Program-made: the position numbers and the translations under genes
In this document: positions 51,001 through 59,300 of the stretch, piece after piece
Numbering within the stretch: the stretch's first letter is position 1
How the letters are laid out: each line of letters begins with the position of its first letter
The notes under the pieces: generated by a model
The model's database searches: none
What the model was told of the DNA's origin: nothing
The model's input: the letters and a program-made list of their open reading frames with translations, nothing else
From: a virus
DNA length: 64,000 nucleotides
IMG/VR virus record: IMGVR_UViG_3300042356_000801
Location: 1 to 64,000 of that record
Reading direction: 5' to 3' (one strand)

Positions 51001-54000
51001 CACGAATCCAAAGAAGACTTTCTTCTGGAGAATACTTTGGACCACCTCCAACCGGCAGCGGCAAGTACAACAGCAGAGAACAGGTCCGCGCATCGTTGGA
51101 TGCGTTCCACAGTGACCCGGGTACCGCAGTAATCCCGTCCGACATGCTGGGCATACTTGGTTCTGTTCCAAAGGGTAAGGAATCTCATATTCTTAATGCA
51201 GAAGTTGCAAAAAAGATTATTGCTAATCCAGATATGGAATATTCGTCAAACAACGGCTGGCCCGTTGACGCAGGCAGGCTTCTTGACTTTATTGAAGTAA
51301 ACGAAGAAGATGCCATCAGAACTCTTCGCGAAATTGGAGACGCTCAACGTATTTCTTCAATTCTTGGCATACCAGAAAAAGATGCGCAAGACATGCTTGA
51401 CGGCAAGCCCGTATACATCATGGCGGGAACGGCTGCAGACATGCTTGACGACCTCAAGGAAGGAAAACATTACCTAGAGGCTGGCCAGCTTGGTAATGAG
51501 GACGTAACAAGAATCTGGGGATTTGATGGTGCTCCAAAGTGGGTTCGCCATAGCGATATCGCTACCCCGGAATATGACCTTGACGAACAAGGCAGGGTTA
51601 ACTGGTCTAAAGAAAAATGGGACAGTCTTTCAAGAGAACAATTTGATGCTGAACTAGCAAGAGGCAAAAACCCACCAGAGCCTGTTTACGAATCTCCAGT
51701 AGAGCGTTTTAACTCGGAAGCAATTTTTGACAACCCTAAGTGGAATGCTCGTAGTGGCTCGTTCAGGAACCCAGTAGTGGATTCAGAATTTGCAGTAGCA
51801 CCACGAGCCGCAAGAAGGTCAGAACAGCTAGAGCCAACGAGAGCACCATCTCAGGCAAGAGTTGGCGAAAAAACCGTAATGGCTGACAAGGAATTTGCAG
51901 CAAAGTGGATTAAGCGTGGACATAGCGTTACTGCTTCAAACATGATGGACATTCTTGGGGTTGAAAGAGATTCTAAAAATCCAGAACCTTCAACTGAAGA
52001 GCTGAACAGGCTTATTGAAGCAATGAATGAAGTTAGTGCAAAAGTAGGACTGACTCCTTTGTCGGTCACAAGGGCACCAACAAAAAGTGACCTTAAAAAA
52101 TTGGGAATTTCCGACGAGTTTATGCATGCTCTTGTTGCTTCTGGAAAGTTTAAGAACATGAAAGAAGCAATGGCAAGTCTTGGTGATTCAAGATTTGATT
52201 CATTGGCTGCCGAATATGACTCAAGAATGCTTTCCGATGCCGCTTTGTTGAGAATAAAAGACAAAATGAACAAAGAAGGCGTTCCCAATTCAGTAGCTGT
52301 TCTGATTGAGGCAATTACTGCTTCTTTTGGCCGCAAGCAAGCATGGGAAAAGCGAATCAAAGAAGGTCGCGTATCCATCAAGGGTGACATGAAGGAAGAC
52401 GGAATGATTAGCGATGCTAAACTTTCTGAACTGCTTGGGCGAGTGAACGATGCTCTCGCAAGGTCTGGATACCCAGAAATAAGTCAAGACGAACTTTTCC
52501 CCAAGGACGAAACTGGCGGATATGTTGACAACCTTAGCTCTGCTGTTCCCGGTGCGCCAAGAATGTCTTCAGGTCAAAGGTTTGTAGCAAGAACATCTTC
52601 AAGCAGAAGAGCTGACGCTATGAACGATGCTGCTGCTCGTAGAGAAGGCAATACTTCTCGACTTTCAAGCGGAGAAAGCCTTCCATTCAAAGACGAAAAC
52701 GGGAAGCTTGTTCCAAGCAATATTAGTCAAGCCGCAAAAGATGCAACACCCGCTAATCCTGGATTCGACAGGGAGCCGCTGATTCAAAGAAAGACTCCAC
52801 ATAGAAATTTAGAAGATGTTGAAAAAGCGCTCAAGACAAGACAAGCAATTTCCGAACTTTTCACAATGAATCGCAAAAACACTCAAGGATTTAGCGTGTA
52901 CGACTACCAAGACGAACTAGTAAAAGCTGGATTCCCACTGGAAGAAATTGAAGAAATGATTGATTCGTTTGTTCGACTAGATTCCTACATTGATGATGTA
53001 GAAAGACATTTCGAAATAGCAAGAGAAAAACTGGATGAAACACTTGAAGAGATAGAAGACAATCTTTCCAAGATTGAAAGACTCAAGGGAGAAAGAGCAG
53101 ACGCAATCAAGAAGTGGGGGAACACCGAGGACAACTACTGGGTGCAAGCAATAGATGACAAAATTGCTGCTGCAATGATTAAAATCGATAAGGCATACCA
53201 AGGCGGAATCGGTGGAGAAGACGGCCGACTCGGAACACTTCATCCACAGCTTGAAGAAATGATGAGCGCGATGCCGGGCTGGACCGAAGGTCCATACGGA
53301 ATGGGTGACGACATAAATCGACGACTTCTTAAAGTTGAAGCTTCTATCAGCAAGGCTGGCGGAAAAAAGAAGGCTGTTCCAGTAACTGGAATTGACTTTG
53401 GAGTACCAGAAGGCACAAGACTTTCTTCAGGAAAAGCAGAAGAGTACTACCAAAACCTCACAAGCCATCTCATCAACATGATTGAAAAGTCACAAAAAGA
53501 TGGTGGCAAGTGGGAAGCACCGTGGCACAAGGCCGGCAATATGCCGAGAAACGCTTCTACAAAGAATATGTACTCAGGCGGAAACCTCTTTGCTCTCATG
53601 CTTGCAGCAGAAGAAAAGGGCTACGCAACTCCTCATTGGGGCGGATTCCAGCAATGGAAGAAGCTCGGCGGAAGCGTAAAGAAGGGTGAAAAAGCCACTG
53701 CGATTCTTATGCCTAAAACGATGTTTGGAGATGAAATTGACCCAGATACAGGCAAGAAGGTTCGCAAGTCTAAGGGTATCTATTTCACAACCGCACACGT
53801 GTTCAACCTCGACCAGGTTGAGGGTATTGACCGCGAAGAATTCTTGAAGCTTCCAACCGATGCTCTTACTCCAGAGCAAAGAGTCGGAAAACTTGAGGAC
53901 GCAATCAAGGAAATTGGTGCAACAATCAACACGGGAGACGGAAGCAGGGCTTACTACTCTCCTCGTGAAGACCATGTTGTTATGCCTCCATTTGAACTCT

Positions 54001-54575
54001 TCAAGACACCAGAGGGCTATTATGGAACTCTTGCTCACGAGCTTGTCCACTGGACCGGCCATTCGTCAAGGCTTGACAGAAAAAACATGAACCAGTTTGG
54101 CTCACCAGAGTATGCAAGAGAAGAACTCATTGCAGAATTTGGTTCAGCATTCTTGCTTGCAATGTTCGGGCTTTCTGCGGAACCAAGAGAAGACCACGCC
54201 CACTACTTGGCCAACTGGCTTCAGGTTCTTCGTGATGAGCCAAACGCCTTGCAAGAGGCTTCTACAAAGGCTCAAGAAGCATCAAAGATGCTCATCACAA
54301 AGATGAAGATAGTCCTGGAAGAAATGGGCGAAATAGCATCGGATGCAGAGTCGGCAGCTGAAGAAGCAGTCGATGTAAAGAGTTTGCAAGTTTTCAATGA
54401 CCCACTATACGAATTCAAAGATGCGTCTATCGAGTGGAGTAAAGACCCACTTCATGCACCGTTCTTGATTAAGTCTCTGGATGATGAAAAGCATTCATCG
54501 GGTCTTGTTAATAGAAGTTGGGAAAGAATTGCAGAAACAGCAATTTTCCTTGAACGTCTGAGCAGAAATAAATAA
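42057..54575 (+). CDS. giant (~4172 aa) prohead protease-polyvalent fusion protein: HK97-type protease, WYL x2, SF1 helicase, ArdC/zincin and many unknown modules separated by R[LFM]SSG
   Basis: AAGGAG RBS before ATG 42057; protease motifs GHNWNDPIG, WSIGY, YEVSPV; helicase motifs ATGKTT, DEAQD, GD.NQ.I..WRGA, TAH.SKGLE, YVAVTRA; ArdC motifs WEAPW, YSGGN...L, HELVH, YAREELIAE. Confidence 0.9.
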   Translation: MPSSKKNSDIQYKAAPQGMVNLDEAEGIVECFVAGIGNKDSVGDVCAPGAFGKSLIRRKPRVVWGHNWNDPIGKVLDMYEVQPSDPRLPNKMKAAGIGGLYARVQFNLKSEKGREAFANVAFFGEEQEWSIGYKTINAKFDPQMQANILYEVELYEVSPVLHGANQLTGTISIKSEDQSSTVLVNEQPSIDGLNINELSSVLDALKTIASTTDEKCGPGMPMGMPAQMPMVMPSGGPGMPSVSKPTQPTAPRESVKPEVPSMPENPMLVAIRRELVDRTGSNIIVRSVIENIVVFDRITTDGISSTYKLPFNYANNEFMFGKPEKINTQPTPESSIPTMPGMPQQFGGFDTGKSLISFDDFSWVGFNQQIPAQQVDISTLNNVISNLEKIIEEKSTYIIPVDINNAFEVKQAIDPILDYYRVDATVTEDGIVVKSLDNEFLDAMDIATKGVLRSIGNMVGRAVDRPNIGKNRRDRNPNLASRGRGIGSRGAVVRLADGTMWDPKTAPDRNNNGIVGEGLTDGRGMSLSQPDPTPSGPNSIDAPKTPKAPKAPKKATRLSSGGDDSSRARDLAKQREMDKARGASATNPVGKEAVEQAKKLERERAAARQSETRLSSGRVIMSDGQMEISFDEEDGDGIYDATRDGFRIIRNERGSGGGRRFPESTATYGGSGLSEAEKKEILDVVKDSSNPLVQKILKGSFPSSLSDKQWAVLKREFEKNKKKTPSGYISNVRSGGTVAPGAKLDGGIAYLEPDHANDKDYENLRDAIQTAMRSNQMLRFDYSGKNREVIPVKIEKNNKTGKWNLTAQDDTGARKLFSLDKITPSSAERLSSGEWTKTDDGIEMDAPDIDGGYLIQGNSKDGFVVTRFADARRNGGQNANEYEHDKVFTSSSAAKKWAERNYKLISEEIGKEDVEIRKADAERSADFADMTPEDAADYAAWMDEETWRDRDPRFSSGEGYWVDAAEKEAGNDPKKLADFLIEQGILEEDHPRVKKLRNRLTADDEFEKTFSMLAEMDAEAEAESRAERRSTQFTAVENPFGRLSSGQRTWIDAAEDEAGDDPRELADFLLARGVIDEEDHPIIKGLRDGRTADDELEKAYEMLAEMDAEDQAEHAAQFKNAASEVSSLTKPTMPDLDGMDEDEAGDALQQANDEILSFADGTENIAREYLGDAEYNKRFGGAVPLIEEMSKNHDGGNYEREIALENALERANGFNLSVAGEMELESNRFSSGIDFDKKGASGLREMRHVERNPLRMDSSAEKAERDAYEKDVAAFIKNNGWFVEVPMYNGDPKWQSEDWYRAREFATNVAKLRFEDNYQNETNQFMQFFDKPGKPSKKDFFAKKGTVDYKSWYMAHTPLLTSEIDSVLNSDLYSDNYKESYMNAIRSFLYVNRPEFGPYGGDDPAYQAWLQQSGLGYGGRYSTSGPKFDEMGRFSSGAKRGSRKDNYINSYENPEDLKEAIFSELIFAGDYEGMTAEDLAYALNVRAESVEPILEQVKKDVGDAREDYDRYLESQPEMTDEDLQAMADDYARAQTVTDKFNNMTPEEAADYAAWMDEETWRDRDPRFSSGRELTDEEKQELGAQFARAQDRRKAELEERGAQFARAQDRRKAKEDRITKFYREMAEQNAMLSEMTPSELADYAEQWNESHAEDSRLSSGGINYYDWMVENGVPRSALDGERFRGRDAYGHSFHDYYAEDAFANIDEAVVEALLSDRTQRTSIQDLAKEAREHGLQLATNRSMQEEFSWAEAVNPKPESLRAEDLVRRPDDLGSNARRVAEAVANNSNGARSAASREDILHFTYDGKQRSVYPESFGTSKKGIAFFRAWDETADDGNGAYRSFNIDKIEGLVSHAIPPYVEIGTMTPEPKWSIADFSIEDWAKINDRFYFRSSEVGRAAFDIETAIQWELEGTGTRAPGSIIDTAERELKRLKQIAFDKHITEMVEKGATSSKFSLDIENAKRYGVKPLNRGNRLSSGGSGRFNIAEARSFDDMSDREQLAVFNGIKDRLSENNPSMVSVLEDGGLNIDGYLADFPQLHPDFSSEESGGERFSSGGFAPPKPKRAARKDEEGLIDGARVMRGNTFIESVVGQYERNRGKLSDAQWAKLAEIVGRGSKPTSAGAPTPKRPSKGPRLEKYSGKPRKIIGIDEVVPYDYPEAEFKPNPEQADAIDAMMTGSDVKVGALAATGKTTTVISFANRLAAQDPSARVLYLVFNRDAKSDAEARGMGDNVSVMTMDGIAFKAMIGAGGSPGLRPGLKTKLYEAGKASMDDSVRSYVGKAAYLGIKGAFIPRDGDAPLELTPTDIYKIVAKGVNAYSISSDEKIGPQHFTGKFNGPLAIPEDSPIMPNVLKYANKMWEDLQQDRDNLKKQGMLGLESNHLTKMWALTKPDVASFGGTDGVNVIMVDEAQDINPVFAKMMKDSKSAQKIYIGDTNQAINAWRGADGSTLDAVEAEYDMPITESYRFGAKIAGIGNRFLTLLGVKERMTGKKTRAGKNGSRVDVPGEVVTEMSVLDATMILCRSNGGAIAATMEVIEEGGGQKKVYGSANFKKDLQNFIDNIEWMQNAEKGEPYWTNSRGERMTSRPEFSADLEGITTYEEFKKEVASADNNRLNMLDGLLEKNSIPGLRNALDNILTRKEDIEKLDPNDYVKIQTAHTSKGLESGKVKIWSDFRKPKFDEELEEWVMPNEQELRLSYVAVTRAEEEIDLGSLDWVFNHTTDADEKPNARSARLSSGRSIARRQGKGKNSRARGQRPWSDEDRQNFADGNRLRAQTIPGKRREGPAAAEFSSGERLSAGGSGFYLDNPPDDDSDKWIDMASDDYRSISDSWRDFPEETDEFLSDFWSSHETWGQNPPSPWEFTAENLSEITDIFENTQRPSAYEPYYKQLRDLEGLPKEDIIKALKQIREDDDDTQMFVEFFNKDVFEVAEEKEAPLGKYVLEALQEWNNLPKWLENSQTDDGYTRPYRFYSGARFAPDGESGSRIQRRLSSGEYFGPPPTGSGKYNSREQVRASLDAFHSDPGTAVIPSDMLGILGSVPKGKESHILNAEVAKKIIANPDMEYSSNNGWPVDAGRLLDFIEVNEEDAIRTLREIGDAQRISSILGIPEKDAQDMLDGKPVYIMAGTAADMLDDLKEGKHYLEAGQLGNEDVTRIWGFDGAPKWVRHSDIATPEYDLDEQGRVNWSKEKWDSLSREQFDAELARGKNPPEPVYESPVERFNSEAIFDNPKWNARSGSFRNPVVDSEFAVAPRAARRSEQLEPTRAPSQARVGEKTVMADKEFAAKWIKRGHSVTASNMMDILGVERDSKNPEPSTEELNRLIEAMNEVSAKVGLTPLSVTRAPTKSDLKKLGISDEFMHALVASGKFKNMKEAMASLGDSRFDSLAAEYDSRMLSDAALLRIKDKMNKEGVPNSVAVLIEAITASFGRKQAWEKRIKEGRVSIKGDMKEDGMISDAKLSELLGRVNDALARSGYPEISQDELFPKDETGGYVDNLSSAVPGAPRMSSGQRFVARTSSSRRADAMNDAAARREGNTSRLSSGESLPFKDENGKLVPSNISQAAKDATPANPGFDREPLIQRKTPHRNLEDVEKALKTRQAISELFTMNRKNTQGFSVYDYQDELVKAGFPLEEIEEMIDSFVRLDSYIDDVERHFEIAREKLDETLEEIEDNLSKIERLKGERADAIKKWGNTEDNYWVQAIDDKIAAAMIKIDKAYQGGIGGEDGRLGTLHPQLEEMMSAMPGWTEGPYGMGDDINRRLLKVEASISKAGGKKKAVPVTGIDFGVPEGTRLSSGKAEEYYQNLTSHLINMIEKSQKDGGKWEAPWHKAGNMPRNASTKNMYSGGNLFALMLAAEEKGYATPHWGGFQQWKKLGGSVKKGEKATAILMPKTMFGDEIDPDTGKKVRKSKGIYFTTAHVFNLDQVEGIDREEFLKLPTDALTPEQRVGKLEDAIKEIGATINTGDGSRAYYSPREDHVVMPPFELFKTPEGYYGTLAHELVHWTGHSSRLDRKNMNQFGSPEYAREELIAEFGSAFLLAMFGLSAEPREDHAHYLANWLQVLRDEPNALQEASTKAQEASKMLITKMKIVLEEMGEIASDAESAAEEAVDVKSLQVFNDPLYEFKDASIEWSKDPLHAPFLIKSLDDEKHSSGLVNRSWERIAETAIFLERLSRNK
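44842..46766 (+). repeat. dispersed direct repeat (44842-44927 and 46681-46766) ending at the RFSSG motif
   Basis: MTPE(D/E)AADYAAWMDEETWRDRDPRFSSG; 53 nt identical at 44871-44923 and 46710-46762. Confidence 0.92.
46794..46895 (+). repeat. 54-nt-period tandem duplication encoding GAQFARAQDRRKA twice
   Basis: GGGGCTCAATTTGCCAGAGCCCAAGA(C/T)AGGCG occurs twice. Confidence 0.85.
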
Positions 54576-54624
54576 CATTCAACACACATACACCGCAATA
54601 CTTACTCAAATGATACGTTTAGAG

Positions 54625-54630
54625 TATAAT
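54625..54630 (+). promoter_or_regulatory. -10 box (TATAAT) upstream of 54663
   Basis: TATAAT with TTACTC 17 nt upstream; AGGAG RBS downstream. Confidence 0.55.
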
Positions 54631-54662
54631 TTACGGTACTTACGAATTAGGAGTCATCTAAT

Positions 54663-56339
54663 ATGAACGACGAAATGAACAACAGCCTTAGTGTCAGCAC
54701 TGAGGGCGAAGTTCTGAAGTGCGCAAAAGGCGTAGATGCTTCAGCATGCGGGTTTACCCCTGGCGCAAAAGTGTGCGGCAAGTGCGGAGCCTTGCCGGTT
54801 CAGATGAAGATGGTCCCCGTGGATGAGGCCGAGGACGAAGAAGAGGAAATGGAAGACGAAGACAGAGCAATGCCTGCGCCTCGTCCTGCACGCCCTGCTG
54901 GCCCAATGGCTATGGAAGATGCCAACATGGAACCGGAACAACTTGAGGTCCCAGAAGAAGACGAAGAAGAAGAATTGACCGATGAAGAAAAAGGCCTCCT
55001 TCGAATGCTTCTAAAAAAGCGCAAAGGTCGCAAGTTCAAGGGAATGAACATGGAAGATGACTACGAAGAGGAAGAGGATATGACCGACGAAGAAGAGATG
55101 ACTGACGAAGAGAAGGCTTTTCTCTCGCAGGTAAACAAGAAGCGTAAGGCTCGCGGTCTCGCCGCCACCACAAACGGCTTCAAGGGCATGAACGGCACAC
55201 ACATGACGCCTGACGGAACCGAGATGGAAGACATGCCCGATGAAGAAGAGGACTTGACTGATGAAGAAAAAGAACTCTTGGCAACCCTAAACAAGAAGCG
55301 TAAGGCTCGTGGTCTTGCTTCAACTTCAAACGGGTTCAAAGGCAAAGGCATGGACGAGGACGAAGTGTCTGAAGAAATGCCCGACGACGAAGAAGTAGAA
55401 AAGCAGATGATGCTTGAAAGAATGCGCAAAAAGCGTATCAAGTCTATGGGTATGAAGTCTGAAGCCTTTGGTGCCAACGGCTACCTGTGTGCAATTGAAA
55501 GAAAAGCTTATCCAGGCGGTTCGTCTGTTTGTGATGATTGCCCAGGCGGATGTATTGCTGAAAAGGGTCTTCCTGGCTTGCTTCATGTTGAAGGCATTGC
55601 CGAGCAAATGTTTGACGGAAAAGTTCTTGATTCTGGCTACTCAGCAAAAGCTGACATGTACGTCATTGATGTGCAGACAAAGAGTGGCTCTGTGAATGAA
55701 GTTTTTATTGATGGAACAACTGCTGAAGTGCAAGGCTTCCACAAGCTTGACAACTCAGTGTTTGAACAGAAGTCAGCACAGGGTGGACTTGAGATGATTC
55801 AGTTCCACGAAGCAGCAGACATTGCGGTCAAGTCAATTGATGGCCATGTAATAGGTGTAGAGCCAGACTCTTTTGAGGGAATTGATTCATACGCAGTTGA
55901 AATTGACGGCTTTGACGGAAAGTCATACGACGTTTTTGTTTCTCTTGACGGAGAAGTCCTTGGTTACGATAAGTACGAGATGGACGAGGCAGAAGAGATT
56001 GAAGCAGAGGCTGCAGAGATTGCACTTAAACGCGCATTTACTGACGACCAACGCAACTCGATGTCTAAAGAAGGAACTGCAATGTCAGATGGTTCTTTCC
56101 CAATTAAGAGCGAATCAGATTTGCGTAACGCAATTCAGGCTCACGGTCGCGCAAAGGATAAAGAAGCCGCAAAGCGTCACATCATGAAGCGTGCTAAGGA
56201 CATGGGCAAAGAAAGTCTTATTCCTTCCAACTGGGTCATGGGTGGCGGAACTGAAAAAAAGAGTGACACCGTAGACGCAGGTCTTATGGCTTCTTTGATT
56301 GAGTTTGAACTTCTTCAAGCCGAAACAGAAACAAACTAG
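54663..56339 (+). CDS. head-module protein: Cys clusters, acidic/basic repeats, tandem PepSY-like domains, DUF6582-like C-terminus
   Basis: CGKC and CDDCPGGC; three (L/M)TDEEK...KKRK.R repeats; IA....G.V...Y.(I/V).(V/I)....G....V.(I/V)...GEV pattern twice; DGSFPI....DL.NAI.A.GRAK. Confidence 0.7.
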   Translation: MNDEMNNSLSVSTEGEVLKCAKGVDASACGFTPGAKVCGKCGALPVQMKMVPVDEAEDEEEEMEDEDRAMPAPRPARPAGPMAMEDANMEPEQLEVPEEDEEEELTDEEKGLLRMLLKKRKGRKFKGMNMEDDYEEEEDMTDEEEMTDEEKAFLSQVNKKRKARGLAATTNGFKGMNGTHMTPDGTEMEDMPDEEEDLTDEEKELLATLNKKRKARGLASTSNGFKGKGMDEDEVSEEMPDDEEVEKQMMLERMRKKRIKSMGMKSEAFGANGYLCAIERKAYPGGSSVCDDCPGGCIAEKGLPGLLHVEGIAEQMFDGKVLDSGYSAKADMYVIDVQTKSGSVNEVFIDGTTAEVQGFHKLDNSVFEQKSAQGGLEMIQFHEAADIAVKSIDGHVIGVEPDSFEGIDSYAVEIDGFDGKSYDVFVSLDGEVLGYDKYEMDEAEEIEAEAAEIALKRAFTDDQRNSMSKEGTAMSDGSFPIKSESDLRNAIQAHGRAKDKEAAKRHIMKRAKDMGKESLIPSNWVMGGGTEKKSDTVDAGLMASLIEFELLQAETETN

Positions 56340-56356
56340 AGCAAGGACGACCCGAC

Positions 56357-59300
56357 ATGACGGGTACGTTTAAGACTAAAACAAGAGTCTATACATCACC
56401 TGAATTTTTTACCCCGATAACGGGCCGAAAGAGTTTTACAGACGCCGCTATCGACTTTAGACGCGGGCTTATAGAGAACTCTTCCATGGCCGTTCTTAAT
56501 GCTGACCTTTCTGTAAAGGCCGCAATGGGGGCGGGTCTTTCTGCTTCTGCTTCATCCATAGGGCAATCGTCTCAAGGAACATCTCCAAATACTGACGGTA
56601 AAAAGCGTGTCAACAAAGGCGGCGTTCCGGGGATGGTTGAGGACGAGCGTGGATTTAGGTACATGCCCGATGCAACATGGGGTCCAGACAAAGTTCTCAA
56701 ACTGTTTCCTTCTCCAGAAGAAAGACAGTCTTCTAATAAAGTTCCAAACTTTGGTTTTGTAGACAGAGAACCAATTTTTACTCCTCAACAGTTTGTTGAA
56801 CAGATGGAGAAAAAACCCAAAATCAGGATGTCTAAGTACAAAATAAATACACGTACTGGCGAACCCATAGAAGACACTGAAGTTGAGTTTGACCGAATGA
56901 GGTTTGGTAAAACTTTTAAAGTAAACCCAGACATCTCTAACGAAATAGAAGAAGACATATCTGACGAAACATCAGGAGAAATGCAAGAGAAGAGTCTTGG
57001 CTCGACCCTGAAGCAAAGAATGCCAGGTGCAACTATTGCTGGTAGAGCAGCCGCTCGCTTTGGTGTGATTATGGATGAGCTTGGGAAGATGCGTTGTCCT
57101 CCTGGGACTCCAGCGGCAAACCAATTCACTGACATGACAGGTTCTAACTGTTTTGGAATAACTCCAGGAAATATGATTTCTGAGGCAATCAACCTTGCGC
57201 AAAGACTAATTCCATCCGATGATTCAAGACGTACTGATGGTTTTACCAGAGGGGTAGCCAACTTCTTCTTCGACATGGAGAATGGCATATTTGGCAACAA
57301 CGTCTGGTATCACCCAGACGGAACCAGAATGAAGCATGGTGAATGGCGTAAGTTCCGTGAAGCTAACGGTGTTGCAAGAAACGAACGCTGGATGGTCAAC
57401 GGCGTTGAGCGTGTTTATGCAGAGATTGACGCTCAAGAGGCGCGCTTGACCGACCTTTATCAAAAGCTTGACATTGATACAAGAGACAGCAGAAAAGCAA
57501 CAAACGAACATCTATACGAGGCGTTTGAAAAACTAGAACAATCAGGCGTTATAACGGCAAAGATTGAAGGCAGGCCTACTGAGGCTGATGTTGAAGCAAT
57601 GATGACTTCACGCCTAAAAAATACCGACGCACACTGGAACACTCGCTCGAATGAAGAAAAAGCACTGTTTCTCAAAATTGAAATTCAAAGATATAGAGAG
57701 CTTGAGCGTGCGCACCTTGAGGCTTTCCTTGATGAGGTAATCAAAAATCCTGAACACATGAAGTCTATCCGGGCAGTAAGAATGCATCCAACCGGCAAAG
57801 ACAGAGCTTCGTATGGCATAGACGGCATAGACAGAAGAACCAATATGCCTTACGGTTCAATCAATATAGACATACCTAAATCAATGGAATTTGAAGACTC
57901 TCTTCTTCCAGCTCTCTCCCCTGATGAAAGACTCAGAATATGGGCAGAAGGAGGGATGTCTGAGGCACTCAGGTCTTCCACTGTAAAAGATTTCCTTGTT
58001 AACTCAAACGCCTATGCCGGTCAGATGATAGCAATGGTCGACGGCGGTCGTGGTCTTGGCCGCCATGATATGAAGCACGAGATAGCTCACTCGATTCAGG
58101 CTGCAGCCATTTTTGAACACATGAAGAGAGAACTTGATGCTAGGGGTTCTCTTGTTATGAACACCAAGAATGGACCCAAGACCATTACAAGTGTTGCCGA
58201 ACTCGATAACGACATGCTTGCTGCATTAATGATAAATGAAAACTATATGGGGATTGACCTCGATTCATTAAAAAGCCTCCGTTCTAGAGGGGACATTGTT
58301 GCGTTGTTGGGGGGTAAATATATTGATGACGTTGACAATCAATATGATGGCAAAAGGCGTGCTGCTGAAATAGGTGCAGAAATATGGGCACTTCGAAGCG
58401 CAGGTTTAATATTCGGAGATGACGTAGACGCGGCTCTTGAGTACATGGACGATGTTGCTTCTGGAAAAATAACAGCAGACAGAACAGTTGCAGACAGCGT
58501 TCTTACTAGAAGAGTTTACGATGACCATTTAGACGGTACCAGGAGAGTTCGTGAAGCTAGAGAAGCCCGCGAAGCTGCTGAAGAAGCAGCAAGGCTGGCC
58601 GAAAGTGCAGATACTCCAGATGAAGAATTTTTTGATGCTGATACCAGGGCTGCAGAAGACAGGATGTCTGATGCCAGGGAGGCATATGCTCTAGAAAAAC
58701 GTGCAGAAGTAAAAACCACAAAAGAACAAGCCAAGACAATGACAGAAGAAGAGATGATTGATTTTCTCTCTTATTCAACAGAAGGTTCTGACGCTCTTAC
58801 GGAAATGCTTGATGCAGCCGGAGAGGCCGGTGAAGAGCCGGACTGGATGAGCGTCATGGATAGGGACACTCTTGATGCGCAGTCAAAATCCGTAATAGAT
58901 GAGTGGGTAAAGCGCTTTACAGTTAGAAGAAGTCCTGAAGCCTTAGAAAAACTATTAAATATGGTTGACGACAAGCGTGAATCAAGAGGAACACTTTCTC
59001 CTGAAAAAATAGAAGAACGTCGTCATCGTGAATACCTAGAGGGTGCTACGGAACGAGCAAAGGACTTGGACTTAGAGGACCTCGTTGAGTTCTCTTCAAA
59101 CTGGGAAGAACTTGCTTCATCCGAAGGGATTGAGGCTCCAGAGCGCACTCGTAGAAAAGAAGCACGCGACATGTACAGGGATGAGTACATCAAGAGAAGA
59201 ACAGAAGGCCCTGATTCTGTTTCTAGAGAAGATGCCCGCAAAGAGTTTAATGCAAAATTAAAAGAACTGCGCAAGCCAAAAACTACTGCTGAACGCAAAA

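Noticed and set aside
42057-54575. Giant size explained by inteins or stop-codon reassignment
   Set aside because: No intein C/S...HN termini or LAGLIDADG motifs recognised; ORFs are open in the standard code and TAA, TAG and TGA are all used as stops elsewhere
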